A stretch of 64,000 nt of DNA from a virus: IMG/VR virus record IMGVR_UViG_3300020055_000004; one strand, given 5' to 3'. Positions within the stretch are counted from its first letter, which is position 1, and every line of letters starts with the position of its first letter. The notes beneath the pieces are model-generated. The model saw only the letters and a list, made by a program, of their open reading frames with translations, did no database searches and was not told where the DNA came from. Shown here piece after piece: positions 1-10,034 of the stretch. Made by a program: the position numbers and the translations under genes.

Positions 1-1
1 T

Positions 2-979
2 ATGTACGCTGCTCCCGATCCTACTGATCAGACTGGTTGGACAGAAGCTATGTACGACGAAGCCGATACAAACTTCTCTGGTGCCGATGCTCCTGCAGCT
101 GGTGCAAACTCAGAAGGTGCACCCGGTTTCCCAATTACAACTGCTGATGCAGAAGCTTTGGGTACAGATGCTGATGCAAACACAACATTCGGTCAGATGG
201 GTTTCTCAATTGATAAAGTAACGGTAACCGCTGGAAGCCGTGCTTTGAAAGCTGAGTACTCATTGGAACTCGCTCAAGACTTGAAAGCAGTTCATGGTCT
301 TGACGCTGAGTCAGAACTTAGCAACATCCTTGCTGCTGAGATCCTCGCTGAAATCAACCGAGAAGTTATCCGTACTGTAAACAACTCAGCTGTTGTTGGT
401 TCACAAGGTACAGTAACTACTAACGGAACTTTTGACCTCGACGTTGACGCTTCTGGTCGTTGGTCAGTTGAAAAGTTCAAGGGCCTCATGTTCCACATTG
501 AGCGTGAAGCTAACAAAGTTGCTAAAGACACTCGTCGTGGTAAGGCAAACATCATCATCTGTTCTTCTGACGTAGCGTCAGCTCTTCAGATGGCTGGTGT
601 CCTTGACTACACACCTGCTCTTAATAGCAACAGCCTCGCAATCGACGATACAGGTAACACATTCGCTGGTGTATTGAATGGTCGTTATCGCGTATACATC
701 GATCCTTATGCAACTACTAACTACATGAACATCGGCTATAAGGGTTCTGGCGCATTCGACGCTGGTATCTTCTACTGCCCATATGTTCCTCTGCAAATGG
801 TTCGTGCAGTTGATCAGAACACATTCCAGCCTCTGATCGGCTTCAAGACTCGATACGGTATGGTTGCTAACCCCTTCGCTACTTCAGTACAGGGTACTCC
901 TGCTGTTGACCGAACTGGTGCACTCAACGCACAGTCTAACGCTTACTATCGTAAGTCTACTGTTGCTAACCTGCTATAA
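2..979 (+). CDS. gp23: T4-like major capsid protein gp23, C-terminal part (5' truncated by window)
   Basis: Hallmark gp23 motifs: SRALKAEYSLELAQDLKAVHGLDAESEL, EINREVIR, FYCPYVPLQM, FQPLIGFKTRYGM. Confidence 0.98.
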   Translation: MYAAPDPTDQTGWTEAMYDEADTNFSGADAPAAGANSEGAPGFPITTADAEALGTDADANTTFGQMGFSIDKVTVTAGSRALKAEYSLELAQDLKAVHGLDAESELSNILAAEILAEINREVIRTVNNSAVVGSQGTVTTNGTFDLDVDASGRWSVEKFKGLMFHIEREANKVAKDTRRGKANIIICSSDVASALQMAGVLDYTPALNSNSLAIDDTGNTFAGVLNGRYRVYIDPYATTNYMNIGYKGSGAFDAGIFYCPYVPLQMVRAVDQNTFQPLIGFKTRYGMVANPFATSVQGTPAVDRTGALNAQSNAYYRKSTVANLL

Positions 980-1001
980 TAAAAAAACCACCGCAGGGTT
1001 T

Positions 1002-1028
1002 GAGGGAGCTTCGGCTCCCTCTTTTTTT
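1002..1028 (+). terminator. Rho-independent terminator after gp23
   Basis: GAGGGAGC-TTCG-GCTCCCTC perfect stem with C(UUCG)G tetraloop followed by T7. Confidence 0.95.
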
Positions 1029-1033
1029 GCCTG

Positions 1034-1062
1034 TGTACAATGTATAAATAACTCTGTATAAT
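1034..1062 (+). promoter_or_regulatory. Nested promoters: sigma70-type TGTACA-N17-TATAAT with a T4 late promoter TATAAATA (1043-1050) inside the spacer
   Basis: Both motifs read directly upstream of gp3. Confidence 0.75.
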
Positions 1063-1084
1063 CTATTCATGGACATGATCTTGT

Positions 1085-1591
1085 ATGGCTGAATTTAACA
1101 AGAATATGCTATCGCCACTTGGCTTTAGTTTCCACATTAAAAAATTACCAGAGTTTAATCACTTCTGTCAATCTGTTACATTGCCTGGTAGTACACTCGG
1201 TTATACTGAACGTGCTACACCATTTAAAACGATTCCTGTTTATGGTGATCATCTTACGTTTGGTGAATTGTCTGCTGAATTTAAAGTAAATGAAGATATG
1301 GGCAACTATATTGAAATATATAATTGGCTGAAAGGAGTTGGTTTTCCTGATGAATTCCAACAATATAAAACATTAGCGAATAATAAGCCGGAATCTGGTG
1401 AAGGTATTGAATCTGATGCATATATTATGGTTCTTTCTAGTAATATGCAACCTATCGTTAGAATTGATATTGAAGATATGTTTCCGGTTAGTTTATCAGA
1501 TCTAAGGTGGGATTCGCGGGATTCTGCTGTTGAATATATTGAAGCCACCGTTCAATTTAAGTTCTTAAAATATTCATTTACAAGTGTATAA
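1085..1591 (+). CDS. gp3: Tail tube terminator / tail completion protein gp3
   Basis: NMLSPLGFSF...FCQSVTLPG, GDHLTFGEL..F.VNEDM.NY motifs; position between gp23 and uvsY. Confidence 0.85.
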   Translation: MAEFNKNMLSPLGFSFHIKKLPEFNHFCQSVTLPGSTLGYTERATPFKTIPVYGDHLTFGELSAEFKVNEDMGNYIEIYNWLKGVGFPDEFQQYKTLANNKPESGEGIESDAYIMVLSSNMQPIVRIDIEDMFPVSLSDLRWDSRDSAVEYIEATVQFKFLKYSFTSV

Positions 1592-1605
1592 AAGTGTGGT
1601 AGAAT
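1577..1605 (+). promoter_or_regulatory. Early-type promoter TTTACA-N17-TAGAAT
   Basis: Matches the motif repeated across the window; upstream of uvsY. Confidence 0.75.
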
Positions 1606-1633
1606 AACACTTTAAAGTCCATAAAAGTGCATT

Positions 1634-2068
1634 ATGACATTAGATGAAATATTCGATTTGTGGAGTGATGATGCCTCCATTGATCAAACTGAACTTGGTA
1701 ATGCGGCACTTGAACTCGCCAAACTTCACCAAAAATATTATAAAATCCTGAGTCAGGAGAGACTCTTACATAAAAAGCTTGAGATGGAACTTAAGCAATT
1801 AAAACTTGAAAAACAGGAGTTTTATGGAGATGGACCTACTCAAGAACAAATTGACAAAGGTTGGCAGCTTCCTGCAAAAGGAAGAATCCTCAAAGCTGAT
1901 GTTGGAAATTATGTTGATAGTGATTCTGATGTCATTAACCATACCCTTAAACTAGCCTATCAGGCCGAGAAAGTAAATCTACTTACTGATATAATTAAAA
2001 CAATCTCCAATCGTGGCTTTCATATTAAGTCTGCTATTGATTGGGAGAGATTCAAGGTCGGTGCGTGA
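1634..2068 (+). CDS. uvsY: Recombination mediator UvsY
   Basis: LHQKY, YVDSDSDV, ISNRGFHIKSAIDWERF C-terminal motif; precedes uvsW. Confidence 0.92.
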   Translation: MTLDEIFDLWSDDASIDQTELGNAALELAKLHQKYYKILSQERLLHKKLEMELKQLKLEKQEFYGDGPTQEQIDKGWQLPAKGRILKADVGNYVDSDSDVINHTLKLAYQAEKVNLLTDIIKTISNRGFHIKSAIDWERFKVGA

Positions 2069-3507
2069 TAAGAGTACGTAAAGTAAACGAAGTCTTTAAT
2101 CAGTTTTTGATTGACGATATGGGAGTTGCACAAGAGCTCTCAGACTACTTTACGTTTAAAGTGCCTGGTTATCAATTTATGCCTGCTTATAGACATAAAG
2201 TTTGGGATGGTAACATTCGTCTCTATAATACCAAAGCTCAAACAATGTACTCTGGCCTAAATAACTACGTCGAGATTTTCGCGAAGGAGCGAGGCTATGA
2301 CGTCACATATGAATACGATAATTCAGCTAATCAATTCTCTGTCGTCGAGGCTAAACAATTCCTCGCTGACCAAAAGTTTACGCTTGAACCTCGAGACTAT
2401 CAGATCGAAGCTTTCGTGGATGCTATACGTTATAATCGTGGTCTATTCATTTCTCCCACTGCCTCTGGCAAATCGTTTATTATATACATGATCATGCGTT
2501 GGCATCTTAAGCCAACACTTATCATCGTACCTACCACAACACTCGTTCATCAAATGTATTCTGACTTCGAATCATACGGTTTTAACTCTAAAAAATATTG
2601 TCATAAGGTGATGGCAGGTAAAGATAAGAATACCGATAAACCAATTGTTATTACTACATGGCAATCCATTTATAAATTACGAAAGGATTTCTTTTCTAAA
2701 TTTGATGTGGTAGTAGGAGACGAAGCTCACCTCTTTAAAGCTAAGTCATTGACTTCGATCATGACAAAAATGGAAAATACTAAATACAGATATGGATTCA
2801 CTGGTACACTTGATGGTACACAAACACATAAGCTAGTACTTGAAGGTTTATTTGGTCCAGCTCAAAAGGTAACAACTACTAAAGAGTTGATGGATCAAAA
2901 ACACTTGGCAGATTTTAAGATTAAGATTCTTGCACTTAAGTATCGCGATGAGATACGAAAGACAGTAGCCAAGATGAAATACCAAGATGAGATGGACTTT
3001 CTTGTATCATATGAACCACGTAATAAGTTTATAAAAAATCTTGCTTTATCATTGGAAGGTAATACACTTCTACTGTTTCAATATGTTGAAAAACATGGTA
3101 GAATATTACAAGAAATGATTGAAAGCGAGGCTAAAGATAGAAAGGTATTTTTCATCCACGGAGGTGTGAAAGGTGAAGAACGAGATGAAATCAGAGGTAT
3201 CGTCGAGAACGAAACCGATGCAATCATTGTTGCTAGTTATGGTACTTTCTCTACCGGTGTTAACATTAGAAATTTACATTCTATCATATTTGCATCACCC
3301 TCCAAATCCAAGATTCGAAATCTTCAGTCTATAGGTAGAGGTCTTCGTAAGTCTGATACCAAAGACTCAGCTGTATTATATGATGTAGCAGATGATCTAT
3401 CATGGAAGAGCACATCTAATTTTACACTCAAACATCTTATGGAACGTGTTAAAGTATATGACGAAGAGAAGTTTGACTACAAACTCTATAGTATAGGAAT
3501 AACGTAG
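2065..3507 (+). CDS. uvsW: DNA helicase UvsW (SF2); start probably GTG at 2065
   Basis: SPTASGKS Walker A, GDEAH, GFTGT, QSIGRGLR; FTFKVPGYQFMP..WDG N-terminus. Confidence 0.96.
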   Translation: MIRVRKVNEVFNQFLIDDMGVAQELSDYFTFKVPGYQFMPAYRHKVWDGNIRLYNTKAQTMYSGLNNYVEIFAKERGYDVTYEYDNSANQFSVVEAKQFLADQKFTLEPRDYQIEAFVDAIRYNRGLFISPTASGKSFIIYMIMRWHLKPTLIIVPTTTLVHQMYSDFESYGFNSKKYCHKVMAGKDKNTDKPIVITTWQSIYKLRKDFFSKFDVVVGDEAHLFKAKSLTSIMTKMENTKYRYGFTGTLDGTQTHKLVLEGLFGPAQKVTTTKELMDQKHLADFKIKILALKYRDEIRKTVAKMKYQDEMDFLVSYEPRNKFIKNLALSLEGNTLLLFQYVEKHGRILQEMIESEAKDRKVFFIHGGVKGEERDEIRGIVENETDAIIVASYGTFSTGVNIRNLHSIIFASPSKSKIRNLQSIGRGLRKSDTKDSAVLYDVADDLSWKSTSNFTLKHLMERVKVYDEEKFDYKLYSIGIT

Positions 3508-3884
3508 TGCATGTAATTATACGACTAAAATCTGGTGAGACTGTAGTAGGTTCTCTTGCCGTCACGGAAGAGAATAGTATTGACGTTAAAGATGCATTAC
3601 TTGTACACTTCACATTTGATCATGATTATCCTGCCATGTATTTTTCAAAGTATTGTCTGTTTAATATTTCTTTTGATGTAACATTTCAAAAGTCGGATAT
3701 CGCAAATATATTTAACGATCCTTTGCCTTCTATGATAGAATTTTATAAAGAGCAATTAGATAATTTAAAACAAAACTACGAGATTCGTAAGAGATCTCCT
3801 TTTAAGAAAAAAGATAGAGTCGACCACGAACAAATTTTTAAAGCCATGTTCGAAAAAATGAACGATGATCCGGAGGTACACTGA
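3507..3884 (+). CDS. Hypothetical protein (Sm-like N-terminus, conserved position before gp55)
   Basis: IIRLKSGETVVG start; coupled to uvsW and gp55. Confidence 0.6.
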   Translation: MHVIIRLKSGETVVGSLAVTEENSIDVKDALLVHFTFDHDYPAMYFSKYCLFNISFDVTFQKSDIANIFNDPLPSMIEFYKEQLDNLKQNYEIRKRSPFKKKDRVDHEQIFKAMFEKMNDDPEVH

Positions 3885-4399
3885 TGGCAAACTATATTAA
3901 CAACAAAGAGTTTTATGCACTCTTGCAAGATTTTAAAGCAAAGTGCAAGGAAGCGGAACTCAATAATAAGCCAACGCCGCGTGTCCCTGAAGATATCGGT
4001 AAATGTTTTATGATGATCGCTACTAAGCTTTCAACTAAAGCCAATTTTTCTGGTTACACATATAAAGATGAAATGATCTGTGATGCTTTAGAAAACTGCG
4101 TGGTGGCTGTGCATAGTTTTGATCCGGATAAGTCTAAGAATCCATTTGCTTACTTCACACAGATCATTTGGTATGCATTTCTACGTCGTATTGAAAAAGA
4201 GAAGAAGCAGACATACGTCAAATATAAGTCGCTCGAACAATTGGTAGTAGATGCAGATTTAATGGAAGATGATAACTATAAGAACTTCGATATCACGAAT
4301 GAGAAAATGAAACCTATTATCGATAAGTTCGAACAGAAAAAAACCAAAAAGAAAGTAGCCTCCAAAAAGGGAGTAGAAAAATTTACAGATGAAAATTAG
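3884..4399 (+). CDS. gp55: Late transcription sigma factor gp55
   Basis: NYINNKEF, NFSGYTYKDEMICDALENC, FDPDKSKNPFAYFTQI..AFLRRIEKEKKQ. Confidence 0.96.
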   Translation: MANYINNKEFYALLQDFKAKCKEAELNNKPTPRVPEDIGKCFMMIATKLSTKANFSGYTYKDEMICDALENCVVAVHSFDPDKSKNPFAYFTQIIWYAFLRRIEKEKKQTYVKYKSLEQLVVDADLMEDDNYKNFDITNEKMKPIIDKFEQKKTKKKVASKKGVEKFTDEN

Positions 4400-5330
4400 A
4401 ATTGCAGCATCGCCTTCTAAGCCTGTTGCTTCATATAGAATAAGAACAAAATTAATATTTGAAGATCTACCGCAAATACATGATATAGATTGGTATCCAC
4501 CAAACAAAGATATTGATAACGCAATTGTATTCATCGATAAAGACAAGCAACGAGATCTTTGGCCGACAGAGTGGCCAGATTCTACAATTGTAGTATGGGA
4601 TATGTGTGATTGGTATTTTGATCGATCACCAGATCTTGTAGATTTTCTTTTAAATCGTGTTGATTATGTAACCGTTGCTACAGAATATTTGAGTGAAAAA
4701 TTATTAAAAACGTATGGAGTACAATCTACTGTAATCAAAGATCGATATCAAATAGAACCTATTTCTTGTTCTTGGCCTGCTAATAATGATTGTATAGAAG
4801 TTTTATGGTATGGCAACTCTAATAATATAGATGAAGATGTTTTTATAGAAAGAATATGGGAACCTTTTAAAGATTTTGAATTGCCTGTAAATTTTAAAAT
4901 ACTGACGAGTAGTGATTTTAAATTAAAAGAATGCTATCATGATGAAAAAAATACATTAGAATTAATAACATGGCAACTTGAAAATTGGCAATCATATGTA
5001 AAAAACTCTGATTTTGTTTTTATACCAAAACTAAGCGATGATGATTTTAATTTATCGAAAGGACATATTAGAGTGATTGACTCCATTATGGCACATTCAT
5101 TTGTTATAGCAGATGAGATTCCGGCCTATCAAAATTATGCAAACTATGGTAGAATAATACCACACGCAAATTTTGTCGCCGAAACAAGAAGAGCCTTAAA
5201 TTCGAAATCAGAATCTATACAGAGAATACAAAACGGTCAAGCTTATATTGTTGACAAATATGATCGAGCAACATTAATCAAAAAGTGGGAACAAACGTTA
5301 TTAAGTTATGAAAATCGCCCTAATCACTGA
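4389..5330 (+). CDS. Putative GT-B fold glycosyltransferase
   Basis: ASYRIR, VVWDMCD, VLWYGNSNN, SDFVFIP...K...R...VIAD..PAY pattern; AT-rich. Confidence 0.6.
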   Translation: MKIRIAASPSKPVASYRIRTKLIFEDLPQIHDIDWYPPNKDIDNAIVFIDKDKQRDLWPTEWPDSTIVVWDMCDWYFDRSPDLVDFLLNRVDYVTVATEYLSEKLLKTYGVQSTVIKDRYQIEPISCSWPANNDCIEVLWYGNSNNIDEDVFIERIWEPFKDFELPVNFKILTSSDFKLKECYHDEKNTLELITWQLENWQSYVKNSDFVFIPKLSDDDFNLSKGHIRVIDSIMAHSFVIADEIPAYQNYANYGRIIPHANFVAETRRALNSKSESIQRIQNGQAYIVDKYDRATLIKKWEQTLLSYENRPNH

Positions 5331-6357
5331 TCAACATTTTGGAGTTAGAAATGATTCTATCCAATTTCATGAATACTATAAAAAGTTTTACGAAGAGTTC
5401 TTCTTTCCGACACTAGAAAAACAAGGCGTTAAAACTATTATCGAGCTTGGCGATATTTTTGATCGCCGCAAGTTCGTTAACTATGATACTCTTTATCGTT
5501 GTCGTGATTATTTCTTCGATCCTATCATAAAGAATAATTTAGAATTACATTGCATCATTGGTAATCATGACGTTTATTTTAAAAATACCAATAGAGTCAA
5601 TGCACCTACACTATTAATAGATGAAGAAAATATTCACATATATGATGAGCCTACTATCTTTCACGCAGATGGTCTCAATATTTTATTCATGCCTTGGATC
5701 AACAATTCAAACTATGAAGAAGCAATGCACTATGTCGAAAATAGTGGGTGTAGTGTATGTATGGGCCATCTTGAACTGAAAGGCTTCGAGATGTATAAAG
5801 GTGCAGTGATTGATGCAGGTCTGCCTCATGGTACTTTTAAAAACTTTGATATGGTGATGTCAGGACACTTTCATCATAAGTCATCACGCGATAATGTGCA
5901 CTATCTTGGTGCGCCATATGAGATGACATGGTCCGATTATAACGACGATCGAGGTTTCCATATCTTTGACACCGATACAAAAGAGTTGACATATTTCAAA
6001 AATCCGTATACAATGTTTAATAAGATATACTACGATGACTTGGAAGGTGATAGCATTTTAGATAAATCATTTGATCATCTTACCGATACGTACGTTAAAC
6101 TTGTTGTTAAGAATAAAGATAATCCATATTTGTTTGACCTATTCGTCGACAAAGTTAACACATCAAATCCTGCACATCTGCAGGTTGTAGAAGATAACTT
6201 TCATCTCGATCTCGAAGGTGATGATACGATTATAGATGAAGCAGAAGATACGATTACAATCATTAATAAGTATATCGATAATCTTCAATTGAATGATGCA
6301 AAACCTATGAATGATTTATTTTATGATTTATATCATGAAGCTTTGAGTACTGAATGA
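5308..6357 (+). CDS. gp47: Recombination endonuclease subunit gp47 (Mre11/SbcD-like)
   Basis: TDQHFG, LGDIFDRRK, GNHD, GHLEL, SGHFH phosphoesterase motifs. Confidence 0.96.
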   Translation: MKIALITDQHFGVRNDSIQFHEYYKKFYEEFFFPTLEKQGVKTIIELGDIFDRRKFVNYDTLYRCRDYFFDPIIKNNLELHCIIGNHDVYFKNTNRVNAPTLLIDEENIHIYDEPTIFHADGLNILFMPWINNSNYEEAMHYVENSGCSVCMGHLELKGFEMYKGAVIDAGLPHGTFKNFDMVMSGHFHHKSSRDNVHYLGAPYEMTWSDYNDDRGFHIFDTDTKELTYFKNPYTMFNKIYYDDLEGDSILDKSFDHLTDTYVKLVVKNKDNPYLFDLFVDKVNTSNPAHLQVVEDNFHLDLEGDDTIIDEAEDTITIINKYIDNLQLNDAKPMNDLFYDLYHEALSTE

Positions 6358-6782
6358 CAATTATAGCAACAGACAGATCATGCGGCGGTTGTGTTGGATG
6401 CTGTGATGGAACACTATCCTTTGATGAATTAACACAATCAGGTCAAAGACTAGTAGTGGGTGATGACCGAAGCTGCTTTTATATGGCAAAAGACGAGGGT
6501 TGTGCTGGCTATGAAGATAGACCACAAAACTGTAAAGATTTTTTATGTGAATGGATGACAGACTGGGGATTGCCAGAATTTGTAAAACCGTCGCGATCCG
6601 GTTTTATTGTTATTAATAAGCTAGGCGATCCTAATCAAGAATGCTATGTACTTATACAAACATCTTCGTATAATATAGACCAAACAGCCCTGATATGGGT
6701 TCTTGGGTGGGCAAACGAAACAAAAAAAGATTTGATGATATCTACTAGAGCGACAGGTAGAATATTCTTCAAAAATACTTGA
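6354..6782 (+). CDS. YkgJ-like cysteine-cluster (Zn/Fe-S) protein
   Basis: CGGCVGCC...C...C..YEDRPQNCKDFLC. Confidence 0.65.
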   Translation: MTIIATDRSCGGCVGCCDGTLSFDELTQSGQRLVVGDDRSCFYMAKDEGCAGYEDRPQNCKDFLCEWMTDWGLPEFVKPSRSGFIVINKLGDPNQECYVLIQTSSYNIDQTALIWVLGWANETKKDLMISTRATGRIFFKNT

Positions 6783-6788
6783 GGTAGT

Positions 6789-8489
6789 ATGTTATATTTT
6801 AAGAAAGTCCGCTGGCAGAATTTTCTTTCTACTGGCAATCAATTTACTGAGATTCTTCTCAATAAATCACAATCAACTTTAATAGTCGGTGAGAATGGTG
6901 CTGGAAAATCAACGATGTTGGATGCAATCTCATTTGCATTATATGGTAAACCGTATCGTAATATCAATAAGCCTCAGTTAGTCAATAGTATTACTAATAA
7001 AGGTGCACTCGTAGAGATTGAATTTTCAGTCAAAGGTAAAGATTATTTAGTTCGTCGTGGTATCAAACCAGCCAGATTTGAGATTATATGTGATGGTGTT
7101 CTCCTCGATCAAAATGCAAGTGTAAGAGAATATCAAGAATATCTCGAGAAAAATATTCTTAAACTCAATCATAAATCTTTTACACAGATTGTAGTTATTG
7201 GTTCTGCTAACTTTGTCCCATTCATGCAGATGAAAGTATGGGAACGTCGATCCATCATCGAAGATTTACTTGATATTGAAATCTTTACGAAGATGTATAA
7301 TGTACTCAAAGAAAGAATCTCGGCCAATAAAGACGAAGTCATCTCAGCCAAATATAAGATCGATCTACTCGATGAAAAGATTACATTAACACGAAAACAT
7401 CTCAATGAAATTGCATCGATGAAAAAGTCAGATCGCGATGCCAAACTTAAACAGATTGCAGAACTCGAGAAAAAATTAATTCAATCCCGCGGTCAACATG
7501 AATTGTTTACTAGTCAAATTAAAGAAATGCAAGACAGTATTTCTGACTCAAAGAAGACTCACGATAAAAAACAAAAACTAGCTCATCTTAAATTTCAATT
7601 AGAACATAAAGTAAAATCTATACAAGATGAAATTACTTTCTTTGAAAACCATGACGATTGTCCAACATGTACACAAACAATCGGCGATCTTATTAAGCAG
7701 CGCGCTATAGATGATAAGACCACAAAACAAAAAGAAATTGAACAAGCTGTGACTGATATGTCTTCTCACTTTAACGAAGTCGAAGAACGATTGGCATATG
7801 TTGATAAAGTACAGCACGCGATCTCAGCTGCCAATCAAGAGTTAATGAATATTAATAGTGAGATCATGACAACCACTAACTCTATTGAGGCAGTCAAATC
7901 GAGTATAGGTGATAAGATAATCGAAGAACCAAAAGATGATCTCGATTCTCTCAATAAGGATTTAAATGATGCAAAAACAAAACACGAATCGTTACTATAT
8001 CAGAAAGAACTTTTCGATCGCGCTACATCTTTATTGAAAGATGGTGGTATCAAAGCCAAGATCATTCGACAATATGTGCCAATCATTAACAAATTGATGA
8101 ACAAATATTTGGCAGCAATGGAGTTCTTTGTACAATTCGAGTTAGATGATCAATTTAATGAGAAGATCAAGTCCAGATTTCGTGATGAGTTTACGTACGA
8201 TTCTTTTAGTGAAGGAGAGAAGATGCGTATTGACTTATCACTCCTTTTTACATGGAGAGCAGTGGCTAAGCTACGCAATTCTACGACCACCAATTTATTG
8301 ATTATGGACGAGGTGTTTGATAGCTCGCTTGATACTACAGGTACCGATGAGTTTATGAAACTCATTACTCAATTAACACAAGACACCAATGTCTTTGTTA
8401 TCAGTCATAAGGGTGATCAACTCTTTGACAAATTCCATAGTAATATTCGCTTTGAGAAAGTGAAGAATTTTTCACAAATAGCAGCATAG
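6789..8489 (+). CDS. gp46: Recombination ATPase subunit gp46 (Rad50/SbcC-like)
   Basis: GENGAGKS, CPTC zinc hook, FSEGEKMRIDL signature, MDEVFDSSLD, ISH. Confidence 0.97.
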   Translation: MLYFKKVRWQNFLSTGNQFTEILLNKSQSTLIVGENGAGKSTMLDAISFALYGKPYRNINKPQLVNSITNKGALVEIEFSVKGKDYLVRRGIKPARFEIICDGVLLDQNASVREYQEYLEKNILKLNHKSFTQIVVIGSANFVPFMQMKVWERRSIIEDLLDIEIFTKMYNVLKERISANKDEVISAKYKIDLLDEKITLTRKHLNEIASMKKSDRDAKLKQIAELEKKLIQSRGQHELFTSQIKEMQDSISDSKKTHDKKQKLAHLKFQLEHKVKSIQDEITFFENHDDCPTCTQTIGDLIKQRAIDDKTTKQKEIEQAVTDMSSHFNEVEERLAYVDKVQHAISAANQELMNINSEIMTTTNSIEAVKSSIGDKIIEEPKDDLDSLNKDLNDAKTKHESLLYQKELFDRATSLLKDGGIKAKIIRQYVPIINKLMNKYLAAMEFFVQFELDDQFNEKIKSRFRDEFTYDSFSEGEKMRIDLSLLFTWRAVAKLRNSTTTNLLIMDEVFDSSLDTTGTDEFMKLITQLTQDTNVFVISHKGDQLFDKFHSNIRFEKVKNFSQIAA

Positions 8490-8499
8490 GTATAATATA

Positions 8500-8691
8500 A
8501 TGTTTAAGATCTATACAAAAACACACAGCCACGACAACTGGAATGTAGTCATCGATGTTAAAAAAAGTAAAACACAAATTGTCGAACGTATATTTGCAAA
8601 TCAAGAAGAAGTTGATGGTTTTATCAGAGTAGCTCTTAAAGGTAAACCAGAAGAACATATTAAAGTGGAGTCGTTTGATGGCGAAGAATGA
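8500..8691 (+). CDS. Hypothetical protein
   Basis: ORF in gene-dense run with RBS. Confidence 0.5.
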   Translation: MFKIYTKTHSHDNWNVVIDVKKSKTQIVERIFANQEEVDGFIRVALKGKPEEHIKVESFDGEE

Positions 8692-8920
8692 TAAGTGGAA
8701 CGGTGAAGCAGATCCAATCGGAGATGTAGTATTCGAAAGAATTATGCAACTATATAATGGTGAAAGAGTTGAAAAACCTTTACATTATCCCTCGATTGAT
8801 GTAGAATGGTTAATTAAGGATATGAGAAGTATATGTGAACAGTGTTGGTTTCTAGACATTTCACTAAAACAGCTCATGGATATGGTATATGATGAAATCG
8901 CAGGTATAAAAGATGAGTAA
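8678..8920 (+). CDS. Hypothetical protein
   Basis: GGAG RBS; overlaps neighbours. Confidence 0.5.
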   Translation: MAKNDKWNGEADPIGDVVFERIMQLYNGERVEKPLHYPSIDVEWLIKDMRSICEQCWFLDISLKQLMDMVYDEIAGIKDE

Positions 8921-9326
8921 AGATTGGGCAAGTGATATCGCATCCATGCATGATAAGTATGGTGTCCGCGAGTGGGTAAAGAATAATCCTGAGAAGTTGA
9001 AAGAGTTTCTCGCATTTCGTTTGAAGTTTGTACAAGAAGAATTCCAAGAAACATTGGAAGCTGCAGTCAATAATGATCCAGAAGAGCTGGTAGATGGTCT
9101 GATCGATCTTTGTGTTGTTGCAATAGGTACCCTTGATGCATTTGGTATCGATGCTCACAAAGCTTGGGATGTGGTCTATGCAGCTAATATGGCCAAAGAG
9201 ATTGGTGTTAAAGAATCTCGGCCGAATCCACTTGGTCTACCAGATCTAGTCAAGCCAGAAGGATGGCAAACACCATCACATGCCGGCAATCATGGTATCT
9301 GGGAAGAGATGGCCAAGTCTGAATAA
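8913..9326 (+). CDS. All-alpha NTP pyrophosphohydrolase (MazG/PRA-PH-like), candidate dCTPase/dUTPase
   Basis: EEFQE...ELVDGLIDL acidic metal motif, ANMAK, DLVKPEGW. Confidence 0.8.
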   Translation: MSKDWASDIASMHDKYGVREWVKNNPEKLKEFLAFRLKFVQEEFQETLEAAVNNDPEELVDGLIDLCVVAIGTLDAFGIDAHKAWDVVYAANMAKEIGVKESRPNPLGLPDLVKPEGWQTPSHAGNHGIWEEMAKSE

Positions 9327-9330
9327 AGCA

Positions 9331-9359
9331 TGTACATGTGTCTCGTTTTATAGTAGAAT
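9331..9359 (+). promoter_or_regulatory. Early-type promoter TGTACA-N17-TAGAAT
   Basis: Exact motif and spacing; heads the modification cluster. Confidence 0.8.
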
Positions 9360-9386
9360 ATAATCTTCACACACAGGAAATATATT

Positions 9387-10034
9387 ATGAATTATCAAAT
9401 TGCTTATCAGGAACTCGGCGCCACTAAATTTTTACGTACTCATGGTCGCGATGTAGTAGAAATCCTAGGACATAATGTTACTGTAAATAAAATCAATCGG
9501 TTTTTAGGTTCTCGTGGTAGTAATGTCTCGGATTTCTTTTGGCGAAATCGAAATCGATTGCACATCTATGGCATGTCTGTCGTCCAAGTAAATGAGAAAT
9601 GCCGAATTAAAATTAATGCTATTGGCCCCCGCGGCAACGTATTAAATTTTGTTGAAAATACTAATAAGCAACCTAATAAATTGGAGCCAGAAATGAAAGA
9701 ATCTCTTAAGGTTCTGCAAGAATGTGCTGAAGTACAAGTTAAAAAGTCAAACGACTATCAAAATGAATTCTCCCGCATTCGTCAAGCAGATTACTATCCT
9801 CGTGGTATCGCAACCATTACAGATCTAATCTATGCTAAAGTTCTTCGTATGCAATCAGTCATTGAAGCTAGTGAACGAGATCCTAACTATGAACCGAACT
9901 TCGAATCAATCGAAGATTCAGCTAAAGATCTAATCAACTATGCATCTTTTGTTGTTGCATATATGCGTGGTAAGATGGATGGACAAGAATCTAACCGTGA
10001 CTTTCTTAATAGGATCGTAAATGATTCAGAATAA
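9387..10034 (+). CDS. Nucleotide-modification-associated domain 1 (Nmad1/DUF1599-like) with N-terminal extension; possible internal start at 9693
   Basis: KKSNDY...K..R...ESIEDSAKDLINYASF; GGAG before ATG 9693. Confidence 0.7.
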   Translation: MNYQIAYQELGATKFLRTHGRDVVEILGHNVTVNKINRFLGSRGSNVSDFFWRNRNRLHIYGMSVVQVNEKCRIKINAIGPRGNVLNFVENTNKQPNKLEPEMKESLKVLQECAEVQVKKSNDYQNEFSRIRQADYYPRGIATITDLIYAKVLRMQSVIEASERDPNYEPNFESIEDSAKDLINYASFVVAYMRGKMDGQESNRDFLNRIVNDSE

